Source: an uncultured cyanobacterium (lineage in GTDB: Bacteria; Cyanobacteriota; Cyanobacteriia; Pseudanabaenales; Pseudanabaenaceae). From it: 64,000 nucleotides of DNA. Of the stretch, positions 1 to 9,196 are shown piece after piece. A program made the position numbers and the translations under genes. Within the stretch, counting starts at the first letter, position 1. The number at the start of each line of letters is the position of its first letter. The DNA is taken from NCBI GenBank assembly GCA_963703315.1, contig OY969811.1, positions 1,408,001-1,472,000 of the forward strand, read 5' to 3'. A model generated the notes under the pieces. That model was not told where the DNA came from. It saw only the letters and a program-made list of their open reading frames with translations, and searched no databases.

Positions 1-3
1 AGG

Positions 4-34
4 ATTGTTTCCCAGTCTTCGGCTGGGAAACAAT
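4..34. repeat. Palindromic core of family D element
   Basis: attgtttcccagtc-ttc-ggctgggaaacaat; same core as 22548-22642, 24203-24271 and 41787-41865. Confidence 0.75.
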
Positions 35-74
35 TAGATCGCGTAGATCGCGAAACGCCATATAGCTGTAAAAG

Positions 75-116
75 CCCATAAAGAAAGGAGGCTCAAATGC
101 CTCCTTTCTTTATGGG
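75..116. terminator. Hairpin downstream of psbU (terminator/REP-like)
   Basis: cccataaagaaaggaggc...gcctcctttctttatggg inverted repeat. Confidence 0.6.
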
Positions 117-190
117 TAGCGATATTTAGAGATCGCCATAATTCTATAGATTAATCGCAGGGAGAAGCCCCACTTTTAATCACAGACTAA

Positions 191-574
191 TTACAATCTG
201 TAGTTAGCGTTGTTGATACGCTCACGTCCTAGAGATTCATCAGGTTTTTTGAGGGAGAATTTATCAGCATTTGCTTTAAGCAGTTCTTTTTGAGCTTCAG
301 TCAATCCGTCAATGTTTAAAACATCGTTAAAGGATTTGTAAGGTGCATTTTCGATGATAATCCGTCCCAATGTGGGATATAAACCACGTACTTGCCGAAA
401 AGCGTTGATATTAGCGTTATTTAAATCAATCTTGCTATTATCTTGCGTATAAAAATTGGTGGGAGCTAAGTCTTCGGCAAATGCAGCGTTACTGCCAAAA
501 GAACCTAAAAAGCCAGTTGTCCAAATTGACGCGATCGCCACTAATAAAACAGAAAAGCGTATAAGTGCTTTCAT
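191..574 (-). CDS. psbU: Photosystem II 12 kDa extrinsic protein PsbU
   Basis: Signal peptide plus KIDLNNANI..F....GLYPTL...II..APY motif. Confidence 0.93.
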   Translation of the reverse strand: MKALIRFSVLLVAIASIWTTGFLGSFGSNAAFAEDLAPTNFYTQDNSKIDLNNANINAFRQVRGLYPTLGRIIIENAPYKSFNDVLNIDGLTEAQKELLKANADKFSLKKPDESLGRERINNANYRL

Positions 575-894
575 GCCTAAAATCTCTCTATGTAAAAAAA
601 TAATTTATTCACTTTCGAGATTAGCAGAAAAGTGGAAAACCCTAGCCTCACGTTACGCAAATCGAGAATATGTAAATAATTATCTCTATTTGTTAAATTA
701 TCTTAACAAATTCTCAAAAGGATTCCAAGTCAATCGAATTGGCTTGATGCCTTATGCTGTCATGATCCCAGTCTTGTATTTGAAATTTTAGGCGATCGCG
801 TAGGTTTAATTAACTATAAATAACTTGAGGGTCTGCAATTGGGCATAGGTACAATGACTGTCTAGAAATGGGTGGGTAATTACAACGGTTACTT

Positions 895-2496
895 TTGCAT
901 ATGTTAAGTCTCGAAAACTTCCCTTGGCTCACGTTTATCATCGCCTTTCCCATACTTATGTCCCTTGTAGTTGCCTTTGTGCCAGACAAAGGGGACGGCA
1001 AAACCATTCGTTGGTTTGCTTTGGTGGTAGGACTGATTGACTTTGCGGCGATCGCCTACGCTTTTTGTACGAAGTATGACTACAGCAACCCTGGTTTGCA
1101 ACTCGTCGAGAAATACTCATGGGTTCCCGACTTAGGGCTAAATTGGTCAGTGGGCGTAGATGGACTCTCGATGCCCTTGGTCTTGCTGACTGGATTTATC
1201 ACCACATTAGCAACCTTGGCAGCCTGGCCAGTCACACTTAAACCACGTTTATTTTATTTTTTATTGCTATCGATGTATGGCGCACAAATTGCTGTGTTTG
1301 CCGTACAGGATATGCTGCTATTTTTCCTAACATGGGAATTAGAGCTAATTCCCGTTTACCTATTGCTATCAATCTGGGGCGGGTACAAGCGTCTTTACGC
1401 TGCCACTAAGTTTATTTTGTATACAGCGATCGGTTCCCTGTTTATCCTTGTCGCAGGGCTAGCAATGGCTTTCTATGGCGATACAGTCTCCTTTGACATG
1501 ACTGTTCTTGCCAATAAAAACTATCCCCTCACCTTCCAGCTATTAGCCTACGGTGCATTCTTGATTTCCTACGGTGTCAAGTTGCCGATTTTCCCATTAC
1601 ATACATGGCTACCTGACGCTCACGGTGAAGCGACAGCACCTGTGCATATGTTACTGGCAGGAATTCTGTTAAAAATGGGTGGTTATGCCCTGATGCGGAT
1701 GAATGCAGGAATGTTGCCTGAAGCTCATGCTTACTTTGCCCCAATCTTGGTGATTTTGGGGATCGTGAATATTATTTATGCGGCGCTCACTTCCTTTGCC
1801 CAGCGCAGTCTTAAACGCAAAATCGCCTATTCGTCAATTTCTCACATGGGCTTTGTGCTGATTGGTTTAGCTTCATTTACCGATCTTGGTACTAGCGGCG
1901 CAATGTTGCAAATGATCTCGCACGGACTGATTGGCGCAAGCTTGTTCTTCCTAGTGGGTGCAACCTACGATCGCACCCATACGCTGATCCTTGATGAGAT
2001 GGGCGGAGTCGGTCAGCAAATGCCAAAGATATTTGCCATGTTTACGACCTGCTCCCTCGCCTCCCTCGCTTTACCGGGGATGAGTGGATTTGTTGCGGAA
2101 GTGATGATTTTTGTGGGCTTTGCGACTAGCGATGCCTATAGCGGCACATTCAAAGTCATTGCGATTTTGTTAATGGCTGTAGGTGTAATTTTAACGCCTG
2201 TATATTTGCTCTCGATGCTGCGGGAAATTTTCTACGGCAAAGAAAATACTGAACTTACGTCTCATCAAGATCTTGTGGATGCTGAACCTCGCGAAGTCTT
2301 CATCATCGCTTGTCTCTTGATCCCAATCATCGGTATTGGCTTCTATCCCAAAATCGTTACCCAAATTTACGACACAACTACGACTAAACTTGCTGGGGTA
2401 TTGCGTGACGCTGTACCCGTATTGGCAGATAAACGCGATAACAAGCGTTTGGCAAGCTTACAAGCTCAAGCTGCACCAAGTTTAATCAAGCAGTAG
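895..2496 (+). CDS. ndhD: NAD(P)H-quinone oxidoreductase subunit 4 (start likely 901)
   Basis: Multi-TM NuoM/NdhD motifs: [35 protein letters not shown]. Confidence 0.96.
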   Translation: MHMLSLENFPWLTFIIAFPILMSLVVAFVPDKGDGKTIRWFALVVGLIDFAAIAYAFCTKYDYSNPGLQLVEKYSWVPDLGLNWSVGVDGLSMPLVLLTGFITTLATLAAWPVTLKPRLFYFLLLSMYGAQIAVFAVQDMLLFFLTWELELIPVYLLLSIWGGYKRLYAATKFILYTAIGSLFILVAGLAMAFYGDTVSFDMTVLANKNYPLTFQLLAYGAFLISYGVKLPIFPLHTWLPDAHGEATAPVHMLLAGILLKMGGYALMRMNAGMLPEAHAYFAPILVILGIVNIIYAALTSFAQRSLKRKIAYSSISHMGFVLIGLASFTDLGTSGAMLQMISHGLIGASLFFLVGATYDRTHTLILDEMGGVGQQMPKIFAMFTTCSLASLALPGMSGFVAEVMIFVGFATSDAYSGTFKVIAILLMAVGVILTPVYLLSMLREIFYGKENTELTSHQDLVDAEPREVFIIACLLIPIIGIGFYPKIVTQIYDTTTTKLAGVLRDAVPVLADKRDNKRLASLQAQAAPSLIKQ

Positions 2497-2523
2497 TGAA
2501 GTTTGTTAAACTTTCATGAATTG

Positions 2524-2569
2524 GGCTAAAAAAGAAAGGGAGCGTAAAGCGCTCCCTTTCTTTTTAGCC
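2524..2569. terminator. Bidirectional terminator-like hairpin between ndhD and ycf46
   Basis: A-tract, gaaagggagcg...cgctccctttc stem, T-tract, between convergent genes. Confidence 0.8.
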
Positions 2570-4060
2570 TCGAAACACATTTTGTCGAGAAGCTAATCTG
2601 GCTTTGCCTGAAGTTGCCCATTCTTGCAGAACTTGAATTTCCTGTTGAGCAGTTTGCGCCAATGGCACAATTTGGCTAGCCGCTTCGAGGATGTCATCGG
2701 TGGTGAAGTCCCGATTTTGACTGAAGCCAATGTGCATCGCTTCGATGATGCCCTGTTCGATTTCGGCTCCTGAAAAATCTGGAGTTTCGTAGGCAAGGCG
2801 ATCGATGTCGTAGGCGCGATTATTGTGGGGGCGGTACTTGTTTAAATGTACAGAGAAAATCTGCGATCGCTCTTCTTGGTTGGGCAAACCCACAAAAAAC
2901 ACCTCATCGAATCTACCTTTTCGCAATAGTTCGGGAGGTAAAGTCCGAATATTATTTGCAGTCGCCACCACAAATACAGGCGAAGTCTTTTCTGCCATCC
3001 ATGTGAGGAATGTACCAAATACGCGATTTGTCGTTCCTGAATCGCCACGACCTTCTAACCCTGAGAAAGCCTTATCAATTTCATCAATCCATAATACGCA
3101 GGGAGAGAGCGCTTCAGCTAGCTGAATCATTTGACGGGTGCGGGATTCACTCTCACCGACTAGTCCTGCAAACAGGCGACCAACATCGAGACGCAATAGG
3201 GGCAAATGCCAATGGTGCGAAATTGCTTTAGCCGTAAGAGATTTGCCTGTACCTTGAATTCCTGCTAATAGTAAGCCTCTGGGATGGGGTAAGCCATACT
3301 TACGGGCGCGATCGCTAAAGGCTCCACCGCGTCTTAATAACCATTCTTTGAGATTATCCAAGCCACCAATATCACTAATTTCTGTAGTTGATGGATAGAA
3401 TTCTAAAATTTGAGTTTGGCGAATACTTTGACGCTTTTCTTCAAGGATTAATTCCACGTCTTCAGGACGGAGGCGACCATTTTCGGCGATCGCTTTGGCT
3501 AATACCCGTCTAATGCGTTCTAGAGATAAGCCTTGTCCAGCCCGCACTAAATCATCGATCGCCTGTTTGTTTAATTGCAGATCATTAACTGAATTTGGAG
3601 AACTAGCGATTTGTTCAATTTCTATTTTTAATTCACTGGGATTTGGAAGTGGAAATTCTAGAATCGAGAAAAATTCACTGAGGCTATCGGGAATATTAAG
3701 CTGTGAGGCAAGTACAATAATATTCTGAGCTTCACTTTTGAGCTTGCGGGCTAAGTTTTTTAGCTTACGGGCGATCGCTACATCATCGAGAAAGCGATCG
3801 AAATCTCGCAATACAAACACTGCACCTTTGGGAATTTTATCCACAAATTCTAAAGCTTGGAGTGGATTACGTTTACCAGCACCCGCATCAGTGGGATTGG
3901 ACTGATAACCATCCACAAAATCCCAGATAAACACGCTACGTCCAAGGGATTTTGCCACGTTGCTAATCACGGCTTCGACCCGTTCCTCTTCGGCTGAAGG
4001 TATATAAATCAAGGGATAACGAGCGCGGAGGGTGAGATTTAAGTCAGCTTCAAAATTCAT
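2564..4060 (-). CDS. ycf46: Ycf46-family AAA+ ATPase
   Basis: LRARYPLIYI N-terminus, Walker A GIQGTGKS, Walker B WIDEIDK, LLRKGRFDE. Confidence 0.9.
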   Translation of the reverse strand: MNFEADLNLTLRARYPLIYIPSAEEERVEAVISNVAKSLGRSVFIWDFVDGYQSNPTDAGAGKRNPLQALEFVDKIPKGAVFVLRDFDRFLDDVAIARKLKNLARKLKSEAQNIIVLASQLNIPDSLSEFFSILEFPLPNPSELKIEIEQIASSPNSVNDLQLNKQAIDDLVRAGQGLSLERIRRVLAKAIAENGRLRPEDVELILEEKRQSIRQTQILEFYPSTTEISDIGGLDNLKEWLLRRGGAFSDRARKYGLPHPRGLLLAGIQGTGKSLTAKAISHHWHLPLLRLDVGRLFAGLVGESESRTRQMIQLAEALSPCVLWIDEIDKAFSGLEGRGDSGTTNRVFGTFLTWMAEKTSPVFVVATANNIRTLPPELLRKGRFDEVFFVGLPNQEERSQIFSVHLNKYRPHNNRAYDIDRLAYETPDFSGAEIEQGIIEAMHIGFSQNRDFTTDDILEAASQIVPLAQTAQQEIQVLQEWATSGKARLASRQNVFRG

Positions 4061-4295
4061 TGATCACTAAGCCGTGAGTAAAACGCTAGAATATCTACAG
4101 CCTATAATTTATAGCAAAATAGATGTTTAACATAGCAGCAACTATGAATAAGTTATAAAATAATCGAATTTTAAAAGATATTGCGTGCATTTAATGGGAC
4201 GAAAACGTGATATTCAGCAATATCCAAATAGGCAAAGGGCACTGGTCATTGAATTAGTGGTATGAGAAAATAGAGGCAGAGGAAAGGAGAAAGCT

Positions 4296-4700
4296 ATGGA
4301 ATGCCCCCACTGCCAGAGCCAAAAGATCATCAAAAATGGCAAACATCACCACCAAGATGGCAAAGCTATCCAGAACTATTTGTGTAAAGGATGCGGCAAG
4401 AGATTTAGTGAAAGGACAGGAACGCCAATGTCAAGGCTGAGAACACCAGCAAGTGTCGTATCCTTAGCGCTAAAGATGAGGAGTGAAGGGATGGGAATCA
4501 GAGCCAGTGGCAGAGTCCTCGAAAAATCCCATGTCAGCATCATGAGATGGGAGCAAAAATTGGCAACCCAGTCACAGCAATGGAGTCCAGATGCCCCAGC
4601 AGGAGGAGATATAACAGTCGAGGGAGATGAGGTTTACACTCGCGTAGGCGAGAACCTTCCCCCCCTCAAAGTCAAAAGGATGGACAGTGACATTCATTGA
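4296..4700 (+). CDS. IS1-family transposase, N-terminal part (Zn ribbon + HTH, InsA-like)
   Basis: CPHC...YLCKGC zinc ribbon, GMGIRASGRVL HTH, EGDEVYTRV first catalytic Asp. Confidence 0.88.
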   Translation: MECPHCQSQKIIKNGKHHHQDGKAIQNYLCKGCGKRFSERTGTPMSRLRTPASVVSLALKMRSEGMGIRASGRVLEKSHVSIMRWEQKLATQSQQWSPDAPAGGDITVEGDEVYTRVGENLPPLKVKRMDSDIH

Positions 4701-5292
4701 GCGTAAGAGTCGCTATTGGATTGAGGCAAGGGTAGGACTCAAAACCACTGAATTATTTACTAAAGCAACCAAAACAGCATGGCAATGGGCAAAGGCAAGT
4801 CAATACATCCGATGGTTTACCGATGGCGAAAGACGCTATGCCCAACAACTATGGCAAATGGCAAGTGTGCGCCTCAAATCCACTGAAGTAAGTCGTGAGT
4901 ATAGACATCGCAAGGTATGGCGACATGGCTTAGAAGTTGCGATCAAAATTAAAAGTTCACAGGGAAATCGTCGGGTCGAATGGCTCAAACCTGAGCATCC
5001 CTATACGGCTATTAGCGACAAGTGTGACATTCATGCCAATCACAATGAAGCTAACAACAGTGCTTTGAGAAGGAGATGTAGTGCTTATCGTCGCAGACAA
5101 AACCTATATGCGAAGAATACCGAAGGATTACAACGAGCAGTCACTGTGCAAAGATTAGTTCACAACTGGGTGAGACCTCATGTGGGCTTAGGGAAGAATA
5201 AGACTCCAGTTATGGCGATCGGGCTATATCATCGACCGCTTTCCATGCTGGAGTTGCTTTCACTACGAGGCTTTCACTCCCTCACGATTTAA
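4666..5292 (+). CDS. IS1-family transposase, C-terminal DDE part (reached by +1 frameshift)
   Basis: Frame opens SKSKGWTVTFIERKSRYW...WFTDGERRY...HANHNEANNSALRRRCSAYRRR. Confidence 0.85.
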   Translation, partial: SKSKGWTVTFIERKSRYWIEARVGLKTTELFTKATKTAWQWAKASQYIRWFTDGERRYAQQLWQMASVRLKSTEVSREYRHRKVWRHGLEVAIKIKSSQGNRRVEWLKPEHPYTAISDKCDIHANHNEANNSALRRRCSAYRRRQNLYAKNTEGLQRAVTVQRLVHNWVRPHVGLGKNKTPVMAIGLYHRPLSMLELLSLRGFHSLTI

Positions 5293-5771
5293 CTGACCAG
5301 TGCCTCGGTGGCAGGCATAGGATTATTAGCGGCAATTTCGCACCCTAGCATTTCTTCTAAACGTTGAATGGTCTCATTCTGCATACTGAGCATCTGTCGA
5401 AGTTCCGCAATTTCTCTATCCCTTAAACTATCAATTTTTTGATGTAGAGATTCAATTTCTTGCTCAGCTCTTGTATCCACATCTAGATCTTGCTTCGCTT
5501 TACCGCGATCAATCTCAGACTGACGATTTTGGCTCATCAAAATGAATGGAGTGGCATAGGCAGCTTGGAAACTTAGGGCAAGATTGAGAAGAATGAAAGG
5601 ATATTCATCCCAATGTTTAATCCAGCTAATGATATTTAAGACAATCCATAAACCTAGCAAAAAGCTTTGAATGAGGATAAATCGCCATGAGCCAACGGTT
5701 GCTGTGACAAGATCAGCAATGCGTTCTCCTCTTGAGGACTGAGAATGTTTGGGCTTAGCTGACTTGTCCAT
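5289..5771 (-). CDS. DUF1003 family membrane protein; 3' end runs into the IS
   Basis: VGSWRFI, YPFILLNLALSFQAAYATPFILMSQNRQ; stop codon lies inside the IS right end. Confidence 0.85.
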   Translation of the reverse strand: MDKSAKPKHSQSSRGERIADLVTATVGSWRFILIQSFLLGLWIVLNIISWIKHWDEYPFILLNLALSFQAAYATPFILMSQNRQSEIDRGKAKQDLDVDTRAEQEIESLHQKIDSLRDREIAELRQMLSMQNETIQRLEEMLGCEIAANNPMPATEALVS

Positions 5772-5842
5772 AGATAAAAGCGAGATCCTGTGCAAAATTG
5801 CACTGAATTTAGATATAGCTTAACACTTCAAAATTTAGTTCA

Positions 5843-5946
5843 TAAGTAGCTGGGCATAATTAAAAACCAGAACCAAAACCTATGGCGCACGCGCAGCGTG
5901 CGCCATAGGTTTTAGGGTTTTATATTTAATTGCGCCCAGCTACTTA
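5843..5946. repeat. Family A MITE/REP-like element (104 bp)
   Basis: Ends TAAGTAGCTGGGC/GCCCAGCTACTTA with central hairpin ggcgcacgc-gca-gcgtgcgcc; copies at 19704-19807 and 26763-26867, core at 28190-28223. Confidence 0.88.
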
Positions 5947-5980
5947 TAACAAAGAGGGAGCGTAGCACTTCCCTGTACTT

Positions 5981-6061
5981 AAAATCTAGAAGCTTGTGCC
6001 GATCTCGTAGCGATCGGCACAAGCTTCTAGATTTTGGGTTTTAACTATGCTGAGCTACTAA
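5981..6061. repeat. Family A' palindromic element (partial)
   Basis: aaaatctagaagcttgtgccgatc...gatcggcacaagcttctagatttt plus end ttaactatgctgagctact; related copy at 32902-32977. Confidence 0.75.
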
Positions 6062-6171
6062 GTGATAATTTCGGTTTGCGGTTATCCATACCCAAAGACA
6101 GAAAGCAAGATTAGACAAGAGTGTTACGATCGCTACAAGCCAACAAGAATATAACTATAGGGACAAAAATC

Positions 6172-6555
6172 ATGAGGTACTATACATTTGGTAATCTGCC
6201 CAACGGATCTGGAGGGGATGGCGATCGCTGGTCAGGTGTGCGTTTCTGGCTGACAACTTTACTCATTTTTTGGACATTTAGTACGATTGGTCTGGGTTGG
6301 CTAGTTAACTCCTTTTTTATCTTGATTGGTCTGATTACTTTTGTCCCTATCATCGGTTTTTTCGGTTTTCAATGGTGGTTAAAGCGCAGCATCGTCACTG
6401 CTGATTGCCCTATATGCGATACAACTTTTACAGCCTCTAAAGCTACCCAATTTCAATGTCCTAACTGTGGCGAACCTTTACAAGAACAACAAAAGAAATT
6501 TGTGCGGATTACACCACCTGGCACAATTGATATTGATGTCCAAGTTGTTGATTGA
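6172..6555 (+). CDS. Conserved cyanobacterial membrane protein with C-terminal zinc ribbon
   Basis: Two TM segments, CPIC...CPNCGEPL, PPGTIDIDV tail. Confidence 0.75.
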   Translation: MRYYTFGNLPNGSGGDGDRWSGVRFWLTTLLIFWTFSTIGLGWLVNSFFILIGLITFVPIIGFFGFQWWLKRSIVTADCPICDTTFTASKATQFQCPNCGEPLQEQQKKFVRITPPGTIDIDVQVVD

Positions 6556-6561
6556 TGTAGC

Positions 6562-6616
6562 TCAAACCCAGAAGAGAATTGCGGCGCTAAGCGCCGCAAT
6601 TCTCTTCTGGGTTTGA
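6562..6616. repeat. Perfect palindrome, family B core
   Basis: tcaaacccagaagagaattgcggcgc-taa-gcgccgcaattctcttctgggtttga. Confidence 0.85.
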
Positions 6617-6704
6617 ATTTAGAGCTATCCCCGTAGGATGTGTCTCTCAATTATGTATAAAATACTGTTAGCTTTATATTTAGCGTTCAGCATAGGATGT
6701 CACC

Positions 6705-7154
6705 ATGCCATTGATTGCCACCGATAAAATTGTCAAAGACCTTGAAAAAGCAGGTGCTTTAGCGATGCAAGTTCCGCCTGAAGGTGGTTCTGAAGGTCGC
6801 TACCAACTACGCCTTAAAAATGCAGGCTATGAAATTCTCTTTATTACTGCGCGGGGTCTTGGTGATGTGAATAGTTACCTCACAGGTGTTCATGGTGTGC
6901 GTCCCTCACACCTCGGCAAAACCGAGATTCGCACCTATTTTATTCCTCCTGCCATCCAATTTCGACTTAATGCTTTACCTCCAAAGTCTAAGGGTCTAGT
7001 TGTATGGCTGATCGAAGGTAAATATTTATCAAAGGAAGAGCTAGAGACTCTCAGCCAAATCCCCGATCGCGATCCGCGTGTCAAAATTGTGATCGAGACT
7101 GGTAGCGATCGCAAAATTACTTGGCAACCACTCAAACAAGCAGTTGCCGCTTAG
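6705..7154 (+). CDS. ndhN: NAD(P)H-quinone oxidoreductase subunit N
   Basis: LEKAGALA..PPEGG.EGRY..RL...GY, ITARGLGD, HGVRPSHLGK. Confidence 0.93.
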   Translation: MPLIATDKIVKDLEKAGALAMQVPPEGGSEGRYQLRLKNAGYEILFITARGLGDVNSYLTGVHGVRPSHLGKTEIRTYFIPPAIQFRLNALPPKSKGLVVWLIEGKYLSKEELETLSQIPDRDPRVKIVIETGSDRKITWQPLKQAVAA

Positions 7155-7185
7155 CAAAAAAGAGTCGCTTCGCGACTCTTTTTTG
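7155..7185. terminator. Terminator-like hairpin after ndhN
   Basis: caaaaaagagtcgc-ttc-gcgactcttttttg followed by a T-tract. Confidence 0.75.
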
Positions 7186-7231
7186 TTTTTGATAAAATAA
7201 TTGAGCAGAATGTGAAATTAAAGGTAAAGAA

Positions 7232-7486
7232 ATGAGAGCAGTAGAAGTCACAGGAACTATTGACAAACAAGGGCATTTATTACTCGATCATCCCCTTGCC
7301 GTTGATATGCCAAGTCCAGTGCGTGTGATTGTGTTATTTCCTGAATCTGTACAAGAGCTTGCAGATGATCCCGATGACACACCAATTGAGGAAATTAAAG
7401 CTAGTCTAAAGAGAGCATTTCAGCAAGCAAAGGCAGGACAGCGGATTCCTCTTTCACAAATGTGGGATGGTATCGATGCAGAATAA
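7232..7486 (+). CDS. Putative type II TA antitoxin (RelN-like), apparently orphan
   Basis: MRAVEVTGTID..G.L.LD.PL...VRVIVL and ASLKRAFQQAKAGQRIPLSQMW resemble cyanobacterial antitoxins that precede RelE/ParE toxins. Confidence 0.65.
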   Translation: MRAVEVTGTIDKQGHLLLDHPLAVDMPSPVRVIVLFPESVQELADDPDDTPIEEIKASLKRAFQQAKAGQRIPLSQMWDGIDAE

Positions 7487-7492
7487 TCTAAT

Positions 7493-8833
7493 TTATGGTT
7501 TTACTTTTGCGTCTGGTAGTTTCACAAAGATGCGATCGCCGACTTTTGCACCGCTTAAAATTTGAGTTTGGTTTTCCACAGTTGTACCAATCGTCACAGG
7601 ACGGAACTGAGGCTTGCCTTTTTCATCAGCGATCAATAAACCTGTTTTACCTTCTTGCGTGACGATCGCCACTGTTGGCACAACAAGAGCATTATCAATT
7701 CTTTGACCAATAAATCGCAAGTCAGTATTCATGCCCGACTGCAATTTATCTTTGCCAGTTTCTAAAGCTACCCGCACCTGAAACGATGTCACATTCTGCT
7801 CAATAATTGCTTCAGGTGCAATTAGTCTAACCTTGCCTTTAAAGACTTCAGAGGGGAAAGCATCGGCAATAATTTCTACTTCTTGCCCAATCTTAATTTG
7901 GGAAATATCTACTTCAGGAACTTTAGCGATGATCTCTAAACCATTGGCGATCGCCACAATCGAAGTCGATGTTGATGAATTGGTAGCTGAAGCTGTCGTT
8001 GTTGGTGTGACAAAGGCTCCCGCATTGGCATATTTCTGAGTGATAATTCCCGCAAAGGGAGCGCGAATAATTGTATCTTCGATTTGGACTTCGATAATCC
8101 TGATCCCTGCGATCGCTTGGGCAAGCTGAGCTTCTGCTTGGGCAATATCTTCAGGACGGCTACCATTACGGGACTGCTCAAATTGACGGGTTGCCTCCGC
8201 CAGATTTGCTTCAGCAGTGAGTAAATCTGCTTGAGTACTGCGATCATCGGTTAAAACTTCATCTAGGCGATCGCGAGAAATTGCTCCCTCAGTTTGTAAA
8301 TTACGAAAGCGTGATGTTCTTACATTAGTTAAAGCTAAACGCGATCGGGCTGCTTCTAATCGACCTCGTGCCGACTCAATCCTCGCTTGAGCCGCCGCAA
8401 TATCTTCAGGACGGTTACCATTGCGGAGTCTAGCTAAATTAGCTTCACTAGCCGCCGCCGCCGCTTGTGCTTGATAAAGTTGGGGGATCAGGTTCGCATT
8501 GTCCATTCTGGCAATCACCTGTCCCTTATTGACTCGTGTTCCTTGCTCAACTAATAGCTCAACCAACTTTCCTGCTTGTTTGGGGCTAAGGTTAACGGTC
8601 TCAATTGGTACAACCGAACCACTAGACTTGATTTTGATCGGTAAAGACTTGGATTCAACTAATGTAGTTTTATCATTAACTAATTCTGAACCTTGATTAG
8701 AGCTAGTCACAACTCTAAAGATGGTAAATCCACCACCTAGAAGAACAACGAGCAAAACCACAATCAACCAAGGCTTCTGCCCAATACTCTTGAGCTTGTT
8801 TTTGTCTTGTTTTGGGGAAATAGTAGTTTGCAT
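7493..8833 (-). CDS. Efflux periplasmic adaptor (HlyD/MFP family)
   Basis: N-terminal TM, lipoyl half-motifs, coiled coil, IRAPFAGII, ALVVPTVAI. Confidence 0.9.
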   Translation of the reverse strand: MQTTISPKQDKNKLKSIGQKPWLIVVLLVVLLGGGFTIFRVVTSSNQGSELVNDKTTLVESKSLPIKIKSSGSVVPIETVNLSPKQAGKLVELLVEQGTRVNKGQVIARMDNANLIPQLYQAQAAAAASEANLARLRNGNRPEDIAAAQARIESARGRLEAARSRLALTNVRTSRFRNLQTEGAISRDRLDEVLTDDRSTQADLLTAEANLAEATRQFEQSRNGSRPEDIAQAEAQLAQAIAGIRIIEVQIEDTIIRAPFAGIITQKYANAGAFVTPTTTASATNSSTSTSIVAIANGLEIIAKVPEVDISQIKIGQEVEIIADAFPSEVFKGKVRLIAPEAIIEQNVTSFQVRVALETGKDKLQSGMNTDLRFIGQRIDNALVVPTVAIVTQEGKTGLLIADEKGKPQFRPVTIGTTVENQTQILSGAKVGDRIFVKLPDAKVKP

Positions 8834-8974
8834 CGAAATTAAGCCTGACAAAGCTGACAGTGTAAAATATTAAGCTTTATTTATATTAATTTATGAGATA
8901 ACGGCTTAATTTACATCACCCCGCAGCATCAATTATAAAAAGTAGAGGTTGCTTAGTATCAACTACTTTGCAGA

Positions 8975-9090
8975 TATAGCAAAGCAAGTTTTGCTTAAGA
9001 CATAAAACCCAAGAAATGAGTGGCGGCGCTTCGCGCCGCCACTCATTTCTTGGGTTTTGGTTTGTACTAGCTAACTCTTACTTTGCTATA
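8975..9090. repeat. Family B MITE-like element (116 bp)
   Basis: Ends TATAGCAAAG/CTTTGCTATA with perfect 26-bp inner stem 9004-9058 and TTC loop. Confidence 0.88.
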
Positions 9091-9196
9091 TTACAGCTTT
9101 TGGCTATAACTCACCGCCATCAAAAAACGGTATATTAGCAAAAGTAGGAACTACAAGAGACGCAAAATACTAATCAATTTACTGCACAATTCATAA

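Larger units (their letters stand above)
4238..5304 (+). mobile_element. IS1-family insertion sequence (~1.07 kb)
   Basis: Terminal inverted repeats GGCACTGGTCA (4238-4248) and TGACCAGTGCC (5294-5304) enclose two overlapping transposase ORFs; no target duplication visible. Confidence 0.9.
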
